32,000 nucleotides of DNA from Dehalococcoidia bacterium (GCA_965217565.1 CBDCIS010000003.1:550876-582875), one strand, 5' to 3'; positions 8,360-18,819 are shown, numbered from the stretch's first letter. Translations and numbers: made by a program. Notes: generated by a model not told the origin, from the sequence alone.

Positions 8360-9088
8360 CTAGATCTGGAGCACCTGGAAGCTCACGGCGTAGTCGCAGC
8401 CGAGGAGTTCACCGGTGGCGTTGGCGTTCATGCGCAGGAACATGTCGGGGTCGAAGTCGCGACCTAGGCCGGCGATGTAGGCGCGGTGCTCCTCCAGCGA
8501 GGCCACGCCCCTGTCGATGAAGTCCGTAACGTCCGCGGCGTGGGTCGGCGTGTTTGAGCCACCGATGAAGACCCGCTTGACGCCGTTCCAGGGCTCCAGG
8601 CCCTCTTCCAGAAGCTCGGGGAATATCCAGCGATTGCCGGCGTCACGGGCGGCGTCGAGCGCGGCGAGGCCGACGGAGCGGTGGTCGGCCATGTTGAAGG
8701 CACGCCCGCCCCAGGTGACGTCGAAGTTGCCGGTGACCAGCGTATCCGGACGATGCCGCCGTATCGCGCGGGCGATGTCTCTGCGCAGGGGGAGACCATG
8801 CTCTACTACGCCGTCTGTGTGGTCGAGGAACTCCACGGTTTGCACGCCCACCAGGGCCGCGCCGCTCCTCTCCTCGTCCTCGCGAAGCGGCCCCGCCTCT
8901 TCCGGCGTCATGGAGTCGATACCCGCTTCGCCGCGCGTCGCCAGCAGATAGGCAACGCTCTTGCCCTGCGACGTCCAGCGAGCCACCGCGCTCGCCGCGC
9001 CATACTCGATGTCATCGGGATGGGCCATCACGACGAGCGCCCTCTCCCAGTCTTCTGGAACGGGTTGAAGCTTGGTCTGTTCGGTCAT
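8360..9088 (-). CDS. PIG-L/LmbE-family deacetylase/amidase
   Basis: AHPDDIEYG motif near the N-terminus and a later ADHRSVG motif. The ATG overlaps the upstream stop codon (ATGA). Confidence 0.85.
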   Translation of the reverse strand: MTEQTKLQPVPEDWERALVVMAHPDDIEYGAASAVARWTSQGKSVAYLLATRGEAGIDSMTPEEAGPLREDEERSGAALVGVQTVEFLDHTDGVVEHGLPLRRDIARAIRRHRPDTLVTGNFDVTWGGRAFNMADHRSVGLAALDAARDAGNRWIFPELLEEGLEPWNGVKRVFIGGSNTPTHAADVTDFIDRGVASLEEHRAYIAGLGRDFDPDMFLRMNANATGELLGCDYAVSFQVLQI

Positions 9089-9390
9089 GCGTTACCCCTG
9101 GAGAGGCTCGAAGGGCCAAGCCATCGACTGCCGCCGGCGATTGCGGGCAGGAAGTGCACCTCGCTGTTCTCGCCGACCTTCTCCAGCATACCCAGCGGTG
9201 TCACCTCGCCATCGACCGCGACGGAAATGTTGGGCTTGATGCGGTTGCCCTCCACCAGCCGGTCCTTCATGCCGGGGTAGGCGCTCTCCAGGTTCTGGAC
9301 GATCTGCCGGACGGTCGCGCCGACCACTTCCACCTTGTGCTCGCCGGCGGTTAGGGACTGCATGAGTGAGGGGATGAATACGGTTGCCAT
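9085..9390 (-). CDS. CysO/MoaD/ThiS-type beta-grasp sulfur-carrier-like protein with C-terminal extension
   Basis: IPSLMQSLTAG...YPGMKDRL...VAVDGE...FLPAIAGG matches the CysO/MoaD pattern. The GG codons are at 9135-9130, followed by 14 further in-frame codons. Confidence 0.8.
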   Translation of the reverse strand: MATVFIPSLMQSLTAGEHKVEVVGATVRQIVQNLESAYPGMKDRLVEGNRIKPNISVAVDGEVTPLGMLEKVGENSEVHFLPAIAGGSRWLGPSSLSRGNA

Positions 9391-9407
9391 GTTTATTGTC
9401 TCTCTTT

Positions 9408-9599
9408 CTATTGAGAGCCGTTAGTTTCGGGCGAAGAGAAGTCGGGCGGCGGCTCGATGAAGGGTTCGCGCGTGGCCTCGGCATCCAGCCTGCGCTGGTT
9501 CCACTCGGACCACGTGCGCTGAACCTCAGTGCGTGCCTTGTCTAGCCTCTCCTTCTCTCGCTTCTCGAACCATCCCTTAAGCTGTTCTCCGAGTACCAT
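9408..9599 (-). CDS. Hypothetical small charged protein (63 aa)
   Basis: ORF with coding-like GC3, first gene of the minus-strand string, GGAGGG 13 nt upstream. No family recognised. Confidence 0.4.
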   Translation of the reverse strand: MVLGEQLKGWFEKREKERLDKARTEVQRTWSEWNQRRLDAEATREPFIEPPPDFSSPETNGSQ

Positions 9600-9938
9600 G
9601 ATGAGATGAGCTCCCTCCGTGATAGTAAAAGTAATCCCTGCAGACCCGATGGTAGTTCGTCCCGCCCCCTGAATGATGTTCAGGAGCGTACTGACCTTAT
9701 TGTATTGTCGCCAGTGTTGATGACTATCTCATACCAGCATACCAGAGAAATACCGATGATGTTGAGGATGACGAAAATGGCGAAGTACGCATTACGCCAT
9801 CTCGGCGATATACTCCAGATGGACTCCCTGTCAGGAGGGCGTGAGTTGTATTCGTTGCTCAATTGCTTTGCCAGACTGGCATTGGCACGCCTTTTAACCG
9901 CACGATCGATTGCCTTTCGAATCGGAGTAGAGAATTAA

Positions 9939-9965
9939 GGGGCGGGTCCTTTGGAAACCCGCCCC
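9939..9965. terminator. GC-rich hairpin terminator (9-bp stem GGGGCGGGT/ACCCGCCCC)
   Basis: Lies 57 nt downstream of the minus-strand CoxL-like stop. On the plus strand it is followed by GTTTGTGTGCC; on the minus strand by TTAATTCTC. Confidence 0.6.
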
Positions 9966-10022
9966 CGTTTGTGTGCCTACTCTGTCCTCGCCGGCATGAT
10001 GGCCGGGTCTAGGCTCCGCGCC

Positions 10023-12287
10023 CTAGCCACCATTGGCGCTTGTGGCCTCGATTATGGCGACGGGGTTCATCGGCGTCTCGAAGAGCCTTGTGCCGGTGGC
10101 GCGTTGGATGGCGTTGGCTATGGCCGGCGTTGGGGGGATGATGTTGGCCTCGCCGACGCCGCGCACGCCGTAGGGATGGCCAGGATTGGCGACCTCGACG
10201 ATTACGGTGTCTATCATAGGCAGGTCCAGGCTGGTGGGCATACGGTAGTCCAGCAGCGTGGAGTTGACCATGCCGCCGCCGTCATTCATGTAGTACTCCT
10301 CGTTGAGCGCCCAGCCTATGCCCTGCACGGAGCCGCCCTGCATCTGGCCTTCCACGTAGGACGGGTGGATGGCCTTGCCAACGTCCTGCAACGCGGTGAA
10401 GCGGACTATGTCGGTCTTGCCCGTCTCGGGGTCAACCTCCACGTCCACGATGTTGCCCGCGAAGGAGCCGCCAACGCCGGTTGGGCTGACGGACGCGGAC
10501 GCGGAGATGCCGCCTCCGGTGCGGCCAAGCTGTCCGGCGAGCTCCTTGAACGTCATGCTCAGCTCGGGGTCCGACTTCGACTCGATTACGCCGTTCTCCA
10601 TGCTGACGGAGTCCGCGTCGACGTCCCATATGGTTGCGGCGCGCTCGATCATCTGGCGCTTCACGTCCTGCGCGGCCTCGTAGGCTGCCCAGCCGGTGGC
10701 GAAGGTTGTACGGCTGCCGCCGGTTACGGCGGTGAACCCGATGGAATCGGTGTCCACCACCGAGGGGCGGAGGTCCTCGGCGGGAATGCCGAGCACCTCC
10801 GCGGCCTGCATCGAGATGGAGGCGCGGGTTCCGCCTATGTCCGTGGAGCCTTCGGTCAGGATGACGCTGCCGTCGGCGTTGACCGCGAGGTTGACCGAGG
10901 AGTCGAAGCCGATGTTGAACCAGAATCCCACCGCCACGCCGCGCCCCTGGTTTTCGCCAAGCGGCGCGCTGTAGTGCGGGTGGTCGCGCATCGCCTCGAG
11001 CATCTCCACCAAGCCCACCCTGTTGAAGGTCGGGCCGTCCACCCTGCGGGTCCCTTCTTTGGCGGCGTTCTTGAACCGCAGTTCGAGCGGGTCTATGTTC
11101 AGCTTCTGTGCGAGCTCATCGACCGCCTGCTCCACCGCGAATGCGGCGTTGGGCGCGCCTGGTGCGCGGTATGCCGCCGTCTTGGGCTTGTTGACTACCA
11201 CGTCGTAGCCATCGACGGTGCCGTTCTCGATGTTGTAGGGGGCCAGCGCGCACATCGCGCCCGCGCCAACTGGCGATCCGGGGAACGCGCCCGCCTCGTA
11301 GGCCAACTCGACCTCGGCGGCGGTTATGGTGCCGTCGCTCTTGCCGCCTATCTTGACCCTGCTCCAGGAGCCGCAGGTGGGGCCCGTGGACTCAAACACG
11401 TCGGCCCTGCTCATCACCATCTTGACGGCCTGCCCCGTCTTCCTGGACAGAAGCGCGGCGACCGGCTCAAGGTATACGGGAATCTTGCCGCCGAAGCCGC
11501 CGCCTATCTCCATTGGGGTTACTCTAATTTGCGACACGGGCATATCCAGCAACTGCGCCATCGAGTCGCGGACGGTGAACGCGCCCTGCGTGCTGCACCA
11601 GACGTGCAATCTGCCGTCGTTGTTCCAGAGGGCGGTGGCGTTGTGCGGCTCGATGTAGCCCTGGTGGACGGTCTTGGCGCGGTACTCGCGCTCGACGATA
11701 ACGTCGGCCTCGGCGAATCCCTTTGCGGTGTCGCCTTTCTTGTGCTGGAAGTGCTGGGCGATGTTGCTCGCCGTGTCGGTCTGCTCGCCGAGCTCCTCGG
11801 TCTTGAGGTCGTCGTGAAGCAGCGTCGCGCCTTCCTTCATCGCGTCCTCGACGGTGATGATCGGTGGCAATACCTCGTACTCCACGTCGATGAGGGCCAG
11901 CGCCTCCTCGGCCTCGTGCGCGCTGACGGCGGCCACGCCGGCCACGGCGTGGCCCTTGTAGAGCGCCTTGTCGCTTGCCAGAACATTGTCGCGCTCACGC
12001 TTGAGGCCGGTGTTGCCGTCGCTGGGCGGCAGGTCGCCGGCGGTCACCACCGCGCGTACTCCGGGCAGGGCCAGCGCCTTGCTGGGGTCGATGGACTTGA
12101 TGCGGGCGTGGGCGTGCGGGCTCCGCAGAATCTTGGCATGCAGCAACCCGGCGGCGGTGAAGTCTGCGCCATAGAGCGCCCGCCCAGTTACCTTGTCATG
12201 TCCGTCGTGGCGTATCGGGCGCGTGCCGACGACGTTGTACTCGACGTTCGAGAGGACTACGTTTCGCTCGTAATCGGTAGTAGTCAT
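10023..12287 (-). CDS. Xanthine dehydrogenase/aldehyde oxidase family molybdopterin-binding large subunit (CoxL-like)
   Basis: 754 aa. AAYRAPGAP motif. AAGGAGG RBS. Downstream of the FAD and 2Fe-2S subunit genes. Confidence 0.9.
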   Translation of the reverse strand: MTTTDYERNVVLSNVEYNVVGTRPIRHDGHDKVTGRALYGADFTAAGLLHAKILRSPHAHARIKSIDPSKALALPGVRAVVTAGDLPPSDGNTGLKRERDNVLASDKALYKGHAVAGVAAVSAHEAEEALALIDVEYEVLPPIITVEDAMKEGATLLHDDLKTEELGEQTDTASNIAQHFQHKKGDTAKGFAEADVIVEREYRAKTVHQGYIEPHNATALWNNDGRLHVWCSTQGAFTVRDSMAQLLDMPVSQIRVTPMEIGGGFGGKIPVYLEPVAALLSRKTGQAVKMVMSRADVFESTGPTCGSWSRVKIGGKSDGTITAAEVELAYEAGAFPGSPVGAGAMCALAPYNIENGTVDGYDVVVNKPKTAAYRAPGAPNAAFAVEQAVDELAQKLNIDPLELRFKNAAKEGTRRVDGPTFNRVGLVEMLEAMRDHPHYSAPLGENQGRGVAVGFWFNIGFDSSVNLAVNADGSVILTEGSTDIGGTRASISMQAAEVLGIPAEDLRPSVVDTDSIGFTAVTGGSRTTFATGWAAYEAAQDVKRQMIERAATIWDVDADSVSMENGVIESKSDPELSMTFKELAGQLGRTGGGISASASVSPTGVGGSFAGNIVDVEVDPETGKTDIVRFTALQDVGKAIHPSYVEGQMQGGSVQGIGWALNEEYYMNDGGGMVNSTLLDYRMPTSLDLPMIDTVIVEVANPGHPYGVRGVGEANIIPPTPAIANAIQRATGTRLFETPMNPVAIIEATSANGG

Positions 12288-12303
12288 GCTCAGGCCTCCT
12301 TGT

Positions 12304-12501
12304 TTAATTGCGAGTTTGTATTGCCCTCACGATGCGGTCAGTACGCTTGTCCGCGTACCGGTTATGCACAACAGCTATCGCGTGCACTGCTCCAGGTACC
12401 CAAACAAGTAACGTGAAACCGACATTGAGCAGAGCCTGAAACGGCTTGCCCGCAATCAGAACTGCCAGTGGTGGTAGCACGATTGCCAACAGGTAGAGCA
12501 C
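12304..12501 (-). CDS. YqaE/Pmp3-family small membrane proteolipid
   Basis: 65 aa. LAIVLPPLAVL...LLVWVPGAVHAI matches the Pmp3 two-TM pattern. GTG start with AGGAGG upstream. Lower GC than the flanking genes. Confidence 0.75.
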   Translation of the reverse strand: MLYLLAIVLPPLAVLIAGKPFQALLNVGFTLLVWVPGAVHAIAVVHNRYADKRTDRIVRAIQTRN

Positions 12502-12583
12502 AGTTCTCCTCCTGCTGTCCTACGGACTCTTGCATTCAAATGATACCTGAAGAGTCCTCCCCTCACGACATTGGACCCAACCG

Positions 12584-13063
12584 CTAGGCCTCCTGCATCT
12601 TGACTGCCGCGTCCTGAACGGCGCGCACGATCTTGTCGTAGCCGGTGCAACGGCAGAGATTGTTTGCCAGCCAGAAGCGTATCTCGTGCTCCGTAGGATT
12701 GGGGTTCTCGTCCAGCAGCACCTTTGAGGCTACTATGAATCCCGGAGTGCAGATGCCGCATTGCAACGCGGCGTTCTCCAAGAACGCCTGCTGCACGGGA
12801 TGCAGCCCCGCGGGAGTGGCTATGCCTTCGATTGTGGTAATCTCCTTGCCCTCGGCCTCGACGCCCAGCACAAGGCAGGAGGTCACGATCCTGCCGTCGA
12901 ATACCACCGTGCAGGCGCCGCAGTTTCCGTCGTTGCACCCCTCCTTGCTACCCGTCAGCCCTATGACGTCGCGCAGGCCCTCCAGGAGGCTCTGGCGGGG
13001 CTCGCACAGGAAGTCAACGTGCTCTCCATTGATGATTGTCTGAACGTAGGTCTTCGCGGGCAT
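12584..13063 (-). CDS. (2Fe-2S)-binding small subunit (CoxS-like)
   Basis: Cysteine motifs CNDGNCGACTV, CGICTPG and CRCTGY. AAGGAGG RBS. Confidence 0.95.
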   Translation of the reverse strand: MPAKTYVQTIINGEHVDFLCEPRQSLLEGLRDVIGLTGSKEGCNDGNCGACTVVFDGRIVTSCLVLGVEAEGKEITTIEGIATPAGLHPVQQAFLENAALQCGICTPGFIVASKVLLDENPNPTEHEIRFWLANNLCRCTGYDKIVRAVQDAAVKMQEA

Positions 13064-13933
13064 CTATGCCTCCTTGGCTCTCTCGATAGCAGTGTTCAAA
13101 GCTCGTCGGGTAAGCACGTTGCAGAGGTGCTTTCTGTACTCGATGGTTCCGCGCATGTCGGTGATGGGCCTCGCTGCGTTCTCTGCTATGTCCGCCGCCG
13201 CCTGTATGCTCTCGTCGTTTACCGGCTTGCCCACCAGGGCGTCGCCCGCCTCTCTCACGAAGAGCGGCGTGGGCGCGACCGACGCCAGGCACACGCGGGC
13301 GGACTTGAACGTCCCGTTGTCCAGTTCCACGGACGCGCCCACGCCTGCGACGGCGATGTCCATCTCGTTCCTGGGGATGAAGCGCAGATAGCGCGCCCCT
13401 GAGTTGGGGGCGGGAGCGGGGAAGTGAATGGAAACCAGCAATTCGCCCGCCTCGAGCGCGTTCTGGCCCGGCGCGGTGCAGAAGTCCTCCACCGCGAGTT
13501 GGCGCGTTCCGTTCGGCCCGGCTATGTTGCAGGTGGCTCCGAGGGCCACCATTACGGGGATCGAATCGCCGCTGGGAGCGGCGTTGCAGAGGTTCCCTCC
13601 AAGAGACGCCCTGCCCTGTATCTGCGTGCCGCCTATCAGCGACGCCGCGTCGATGAGGCCGGGATAGGCGTTGCTCACCGCCGCGTTGCCGTATATCCGG
13701 TAGCAGGGAACAGCCGCGCCCAGGGTCAATCCCGCCTTGGGGTCGTAGGTAATCTCGTTTAGATCGGGAATGTTCTTGCCGTCCACGACGAGATCGATCT
13801 CTCTACGCCCCCCTCTTAGCTGAACCAGCAGGTCCGTTCCGCCGGCCAGAATGCTCGCGCGGTCTCCATGCTCGGCAAGCAGGTCAACGGCTTCCCTGAC
13901 AGAATGAGGACTGTTATAGTCAATCCACTTCAA
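13064..13933 (-). CDS. FAD-binding molybdopterin dehydrogenase medium subunit (CoxM-like)
   Basis: ILAGGTDLLVQLR motif. TTG start preceded by AAGGAGG. Its stop abuts the CoxS-like start. Confidence 0.9.
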   Translation of the reverse strand: MKWIDYNSPHSVREAVDLLAEHGDRASILAGGTDLLVQLRGGRREIDLVVDGKNIPDLNEITYDPKAGLTLGAAVPCYRIYGNAAVSNAYPGLIDAASLIGGTQIQGRASLGGNLCNAAPSGDSIPVMVALGATCNIAGPNGTRQLAVEDFCTAPGQNALEAGELLVSIHFPAPAPNSGARYLRFIPRNEMDIAVAGVGASVELDNGTFKSARVCLASVAPTPLFVREAGDALVGKPVNDESIQAAADIAENAARPITDMRGTIEYRKHLCNVLTRRALNTAIERAKEA

Positions 13934-14114
13934 TAGACCACCTCCTTTTATGCTCCAATCATTTCATAGGGGTTGCCGCTCGCGCCACGAAGAAACGGGA
14001 CCGCGGAACGAGGGCAGGCGGCAAAAGTATAACAAACCTAAATTGTTAGAACAACAAGCGCAAAACTCGAATTGCCCAACTCCGCCTCTCCCGCAAAAGC
14101 GGGAGTCCACTATT

Positions 14115-14155
14115 CCCCAGCCCTTGACGGGAGGGAGTTAGGGGGTGGGTGAGCG
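14115..14155 (+). repeat. Dispersed intergenic repeat, family A-like copy
   Basis: CCCCAGCCCTTGACGGGAGGGAGTTAGGGGGTGGGTGAGCG resembles 22832-22879. It is preceded by the hairpin CTCCCGCAAAAGCGGGAG. Confidence 0.4.
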
Positions 14156-14205
14156 TCGCCTCAGCGCAAACACGTTGAACCACCCGGGGTGTGGGCCGTT
14201 TGACG

Positions 14206-14583
14206 CTACGAGTCCGGGCTGGTGGAGATGACGGCGCGCTTGTGAACCGCAACGCCTATCTTCTTGTCGCCCTCAAACGCCTCGATGGAGAAGGTGAGAC
14301 GGTTCCTGTCAACCTCGGTAAGCTCCGACTTGACCCGTACCTTGCCGCCCAACGGCGTGGGCGCCATGTGCCGCATACCGTCGACGGCATAGCCCACGGT
14401 CGTGTGTCCCTCGGGCAGACCGGGCTCCGTTGCCCGTATGCTGGCCTGCTCCATCAGCCCCAACAGCGACGGCGTGGACAGCACGTCCGCGCCGTCCCTG
14501 CCCATGCGGTTGGTGGTCATGTCCCGGGTAACCTCGGCTTCCAGTTCGAAGCTCTGCCCGGCCTGAAACTTCTCCATAGTCAT
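14206..14583 (-). CDS. Hotdog-fold thioesterase (FlK-like family)
   Basis: Pattern VLSTPSLLGLMEQA...LPEGHTTVG...HMAPTPLG...VDRNRLTF. ATG at 14583 with GGAGG 9 nt upstream. Confidence 0.7.
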   Translation of the reverse strand: MTMEKFQAGQSFELEAEVTRDMTTNRMGRDGADVLSTPSLLGLMEQASIRATEPGLPEGHTTVGYAVDGMRHMAPTPLGGKVRVKSELTEVDRNRLTFSIEAFEGDKKIGVAVHKRAVISTSPDS

Positions 14584-15013
14584 ATGCGGCTGCCTCCGCC
14601 GAACTGCTGGATTTGAGATGGTGTTGCTGCCTGTCTCCGCACTTGCTGCCAAGCACGCTGAATATAGCATAGGGAAGTATGGTACACAAGACGCGGGCGT
14701 GGACGGTCAGGCCAATCGCATATTGTTGAAGCGTGCGCGGCGGCAACACCCGACAGAGGGAACTATTCTATTATGCTTTAGCCTGGCGCAGCATTAGACA
14801 CCGTTTGCGGTTTTTGGCATACTGTGGTTAAAAGCGAGGCAAGTTGCCGAACCGACCGTGGAAGCGCTCGAGTCAGGCAACGGCAGCTAATCAGCAAAGG
14901 AATTAGTCTGACCACTAATGTCGCCAACAGGCTGTATACGGCTGGATCGTGTAGAGGGCGCGCAAGCGTGGTTTCGGAATGAACGCCTACTGGAAAGATG
15001 GAGGCAGCTAACC

Positions 15014-15844
15014 ATGCGATTCGGCGCGATTACCAACTCATTTCGGCTTCAACTTGCCGAGCAGAGCGTAGCCTCACTGGTCGAGCAGGCCATTGCGCGG
15101 GGAGCCAAGCACGTCGAACTGCGCCAGACCTGCCTGGGCGAATGCGAAACGGGCGAGGGCAAGGATTGGCGTCCCGTGCTGCCCAATCTGCGAACGCTCG
15201 TGGGCGGCTTCCCCGCTGTATCCTTCAACCTGGCTATGGCGTTGCCGTGCCTCACGAAGGCGTCGGACCCCGGCGGCGAGCAGTTCCAGGCGGCGTTGGA
15301 AGCGGCGAAGCTGGTCGGACGCGGCGCGCCCCACCTGCGCCTGGTTGACCCGGCCCGCTTCGAGGGTGCGTGGGATGTCCCCGGCAAGTTGCCGGAGGAG
15401 GCGCTGGGTGTGACCGACCTCGCGCGGGAGGCCGCCAGCCACGGGGTTACACTGTCCATCGAGAACTCGGGCCAGCCCATTCGCGCCATGACCATGCTGG
15501 TCAGAGAGGCCCGCTCCCGGCTCACCGACTCGGAGGGCGCCTACCTAGGACTCTGCCCGGACCCGGTCAACCAGTTGCGCGGCTTCCCGGACGCGGACGC
15601 CCTGGCCGAACTGGATGCCGTGCCGTTGGACATGCTCAAGATAGTTCACTTCAAGCAGACGCGCGGCGGGGACGCCCATCCCACCTTGGACACCGGCGAC
15701 CTGGATTGCGCCCGCATGGTCAGGATTCTCGAGGCCAAGGGCTACCGGGGAGCGGCTATCATGGAGATTCCGCCCCATGAGGACGTGTTCGACAACCTTT
15801 CGGCAAGCTTCGCCTTCCTCGGCGGCGTCTTCGCCGAGGGCTGA
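15014..15844 (+). CDS. Sugar phosphate isomerase/epimerase (xylose isomerase-like TIM barrel)
   Basis: ATG at 15014 with GGAGG upstream. HVELRQ, LSIENSG and HFKQ segments resemble this fold. Assignment is moderate. Confidence 0.65.
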   Translation: MRFGAITNSFRLQLAEQSVASLVEQAIARGAKHVELRQTCLGECETGEGKDWRPVLPNLRTLVGGFPAVSFNLAMALPCLTKASDPGGEQFQAALEAAKLVGRGAPHLRLVDPARFEGAWDVPGKLPEEALGVTDLAREAASHGVTLSIENSGQPIRAMTMLVREARSRLTDSEGAYLGLCPDPVNQLRGFPDADALAELDAVPLDMLKIVHFKQTRGGDAHPTLDTGDLDCARMVRILEAKGYRGAAIMEIPPHEDVFDNLSASFAFLGGVFAEG

Positions 15845-15847
15845 GGG

Positions 15848-16525
15848 CTAGGAGATGCCCGGGTCTCTGAAGCGATAGCCAACGTTCCAGATGGTCTCGA
15901 TAAAAGGAAGGTCGGCGTCCTCGATCTTGCTGCGCAGCCGCCGGATATGCACGTCCACCGTGCGCGTGCCGCCGAAGTAGTCGTAGCCCCAGATGATGCT
16001 CAGCAGAGACTCCCTCGTGTAAACTCTCCCGGGGTTGGTTGCCAGCAGCTTCAGAAGCTCATACTCCTTGAACCTGAGATTGACGCGTCGCCCCTTCAAC
16101 GAGACTTCGTAGGTGATGGGGTTGATAACCAGGTCTCCGATGCGGATTACATCGTCGTCCCCTTCCGCCTTCGTTCGCCGCAGCGCCCTCTTCGCGCGAG
16201 TTACAATCTCGCCGGGACTGGAGGGGATGACGACAAAGTCGTCGATTTCGAGCGTAACGTCAAGAGCGGCAGCCTGGCGCTCCGGTACGAGCGCGATCAC
16301 CGGCAGCCCCATTCGCGCGCAACCCCGTATGTAGCGCTTTGCGTCCGAGATCGACGTGGAGGCCATGTTCAGAAGGGCCAGGTGAGGCGACGGGCCGCCT
16401 CCGGCTGCCTCCAAGTCGGCTTCATTGGAAACGACAACAGCCTCGATGCCCTGCGCTCGCAAGGCGGCGGTCAGGTCTGACCACGGCGTGTAGTCATCTG
16501 CCAGCGGGGCTCTTCCGGTCGCCAT
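15848..16525 (-). CDS. OmpR/PhoB-family winged-helix regulator with degenerate receiver domain
   Basis: C-terminal LRFKEYELLKLL...TVDVHIRRLRSKIE...VGYRF. The receiver-like N-terminus lacks the phospho-acceptor Asp. The start at 16525 (GAGG upstream) is preferred over the TTG at 16558. Confidence 0.85.
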   Translation of the reverse strand: MATGRAPLADDYTPWSDLTAALRAQGIEAVVVSNEADLEAAGGGPSPHLALLNMASTSISDAKRYIRGCARMGLPVIALVPERQAAALDVTLEIDDFVVIPSSPGEIVTRAKRALRRTKAEGDDDVIRIGDLVINPITYEVSLKGRRVNLRFKEYELLKLLATNPGRVYTRESLLSIIWGYDYFGGTRTVDVHIRRLRSKIEDADLPFIETIWNVGYRFRDPGIS

Positions 16526-16875
16526 CAAGCGCCTCGACGAACTCGCATGGGAATCCAACCCTGGCAGGGCGTTGAGACGTTCAACTGTGCGCCAACTTGG
16601 GCTTTTGTGCGGGCGTAAGACGCAGCCATTGTGAGGCTGCTCACATTCACCATCATTTCACCGAATATAGGGCAGAAACCCTTCGATTTCAAGCCTGTGC
16701 GGTAGCGGCCCGGGGCAATCGCATCTTCGCGATAACCTCTATCGACGCGGCGCGTTGGAAATGCCTCCCGAAATGAGTGGCTATCGCGCTTTGCTTTGGC
16801 GCGCTTTTGATGTAACATAAGAGTGGCGCAATTTTGGCATTGAACCTTTTGTTTGCGGCGTTTTACGGAGGGCGA

Positions 16876-18720
<1,845 letters not shown>

Positions 18721-18819
18721 AGTTTGAAAATGCGGGTGTTCGGCTAGGTATGGTTCAAGGACCTGTCTCGTACCTCAGCATTGAAGATTTCCTTGTCGCA
18801 ATTCGCCAAGACTGAGCGC

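Noticed and set aside
9680-9862. 60-aa minus-strand ORF with one TM segment, and the overlapping 110-aa plus-strand ORF 9606-9938
   Set aside because: I could not decide which is real, if either. The minus ORF has a TTG start and no RBS, and the N-terminal half of the plus ORF looks non-coding. This is reported as a finding rather than a feature.
9951-12416. 821-aa plus-strand ORF antisense to the CoxL-like gene
   Set aside because: It is a shadow ORF typical of high-GC DNA, rich in Arg, Gly, Ala and His. The opposite strand carries clear family motifs and an AAGGAGG RBS.
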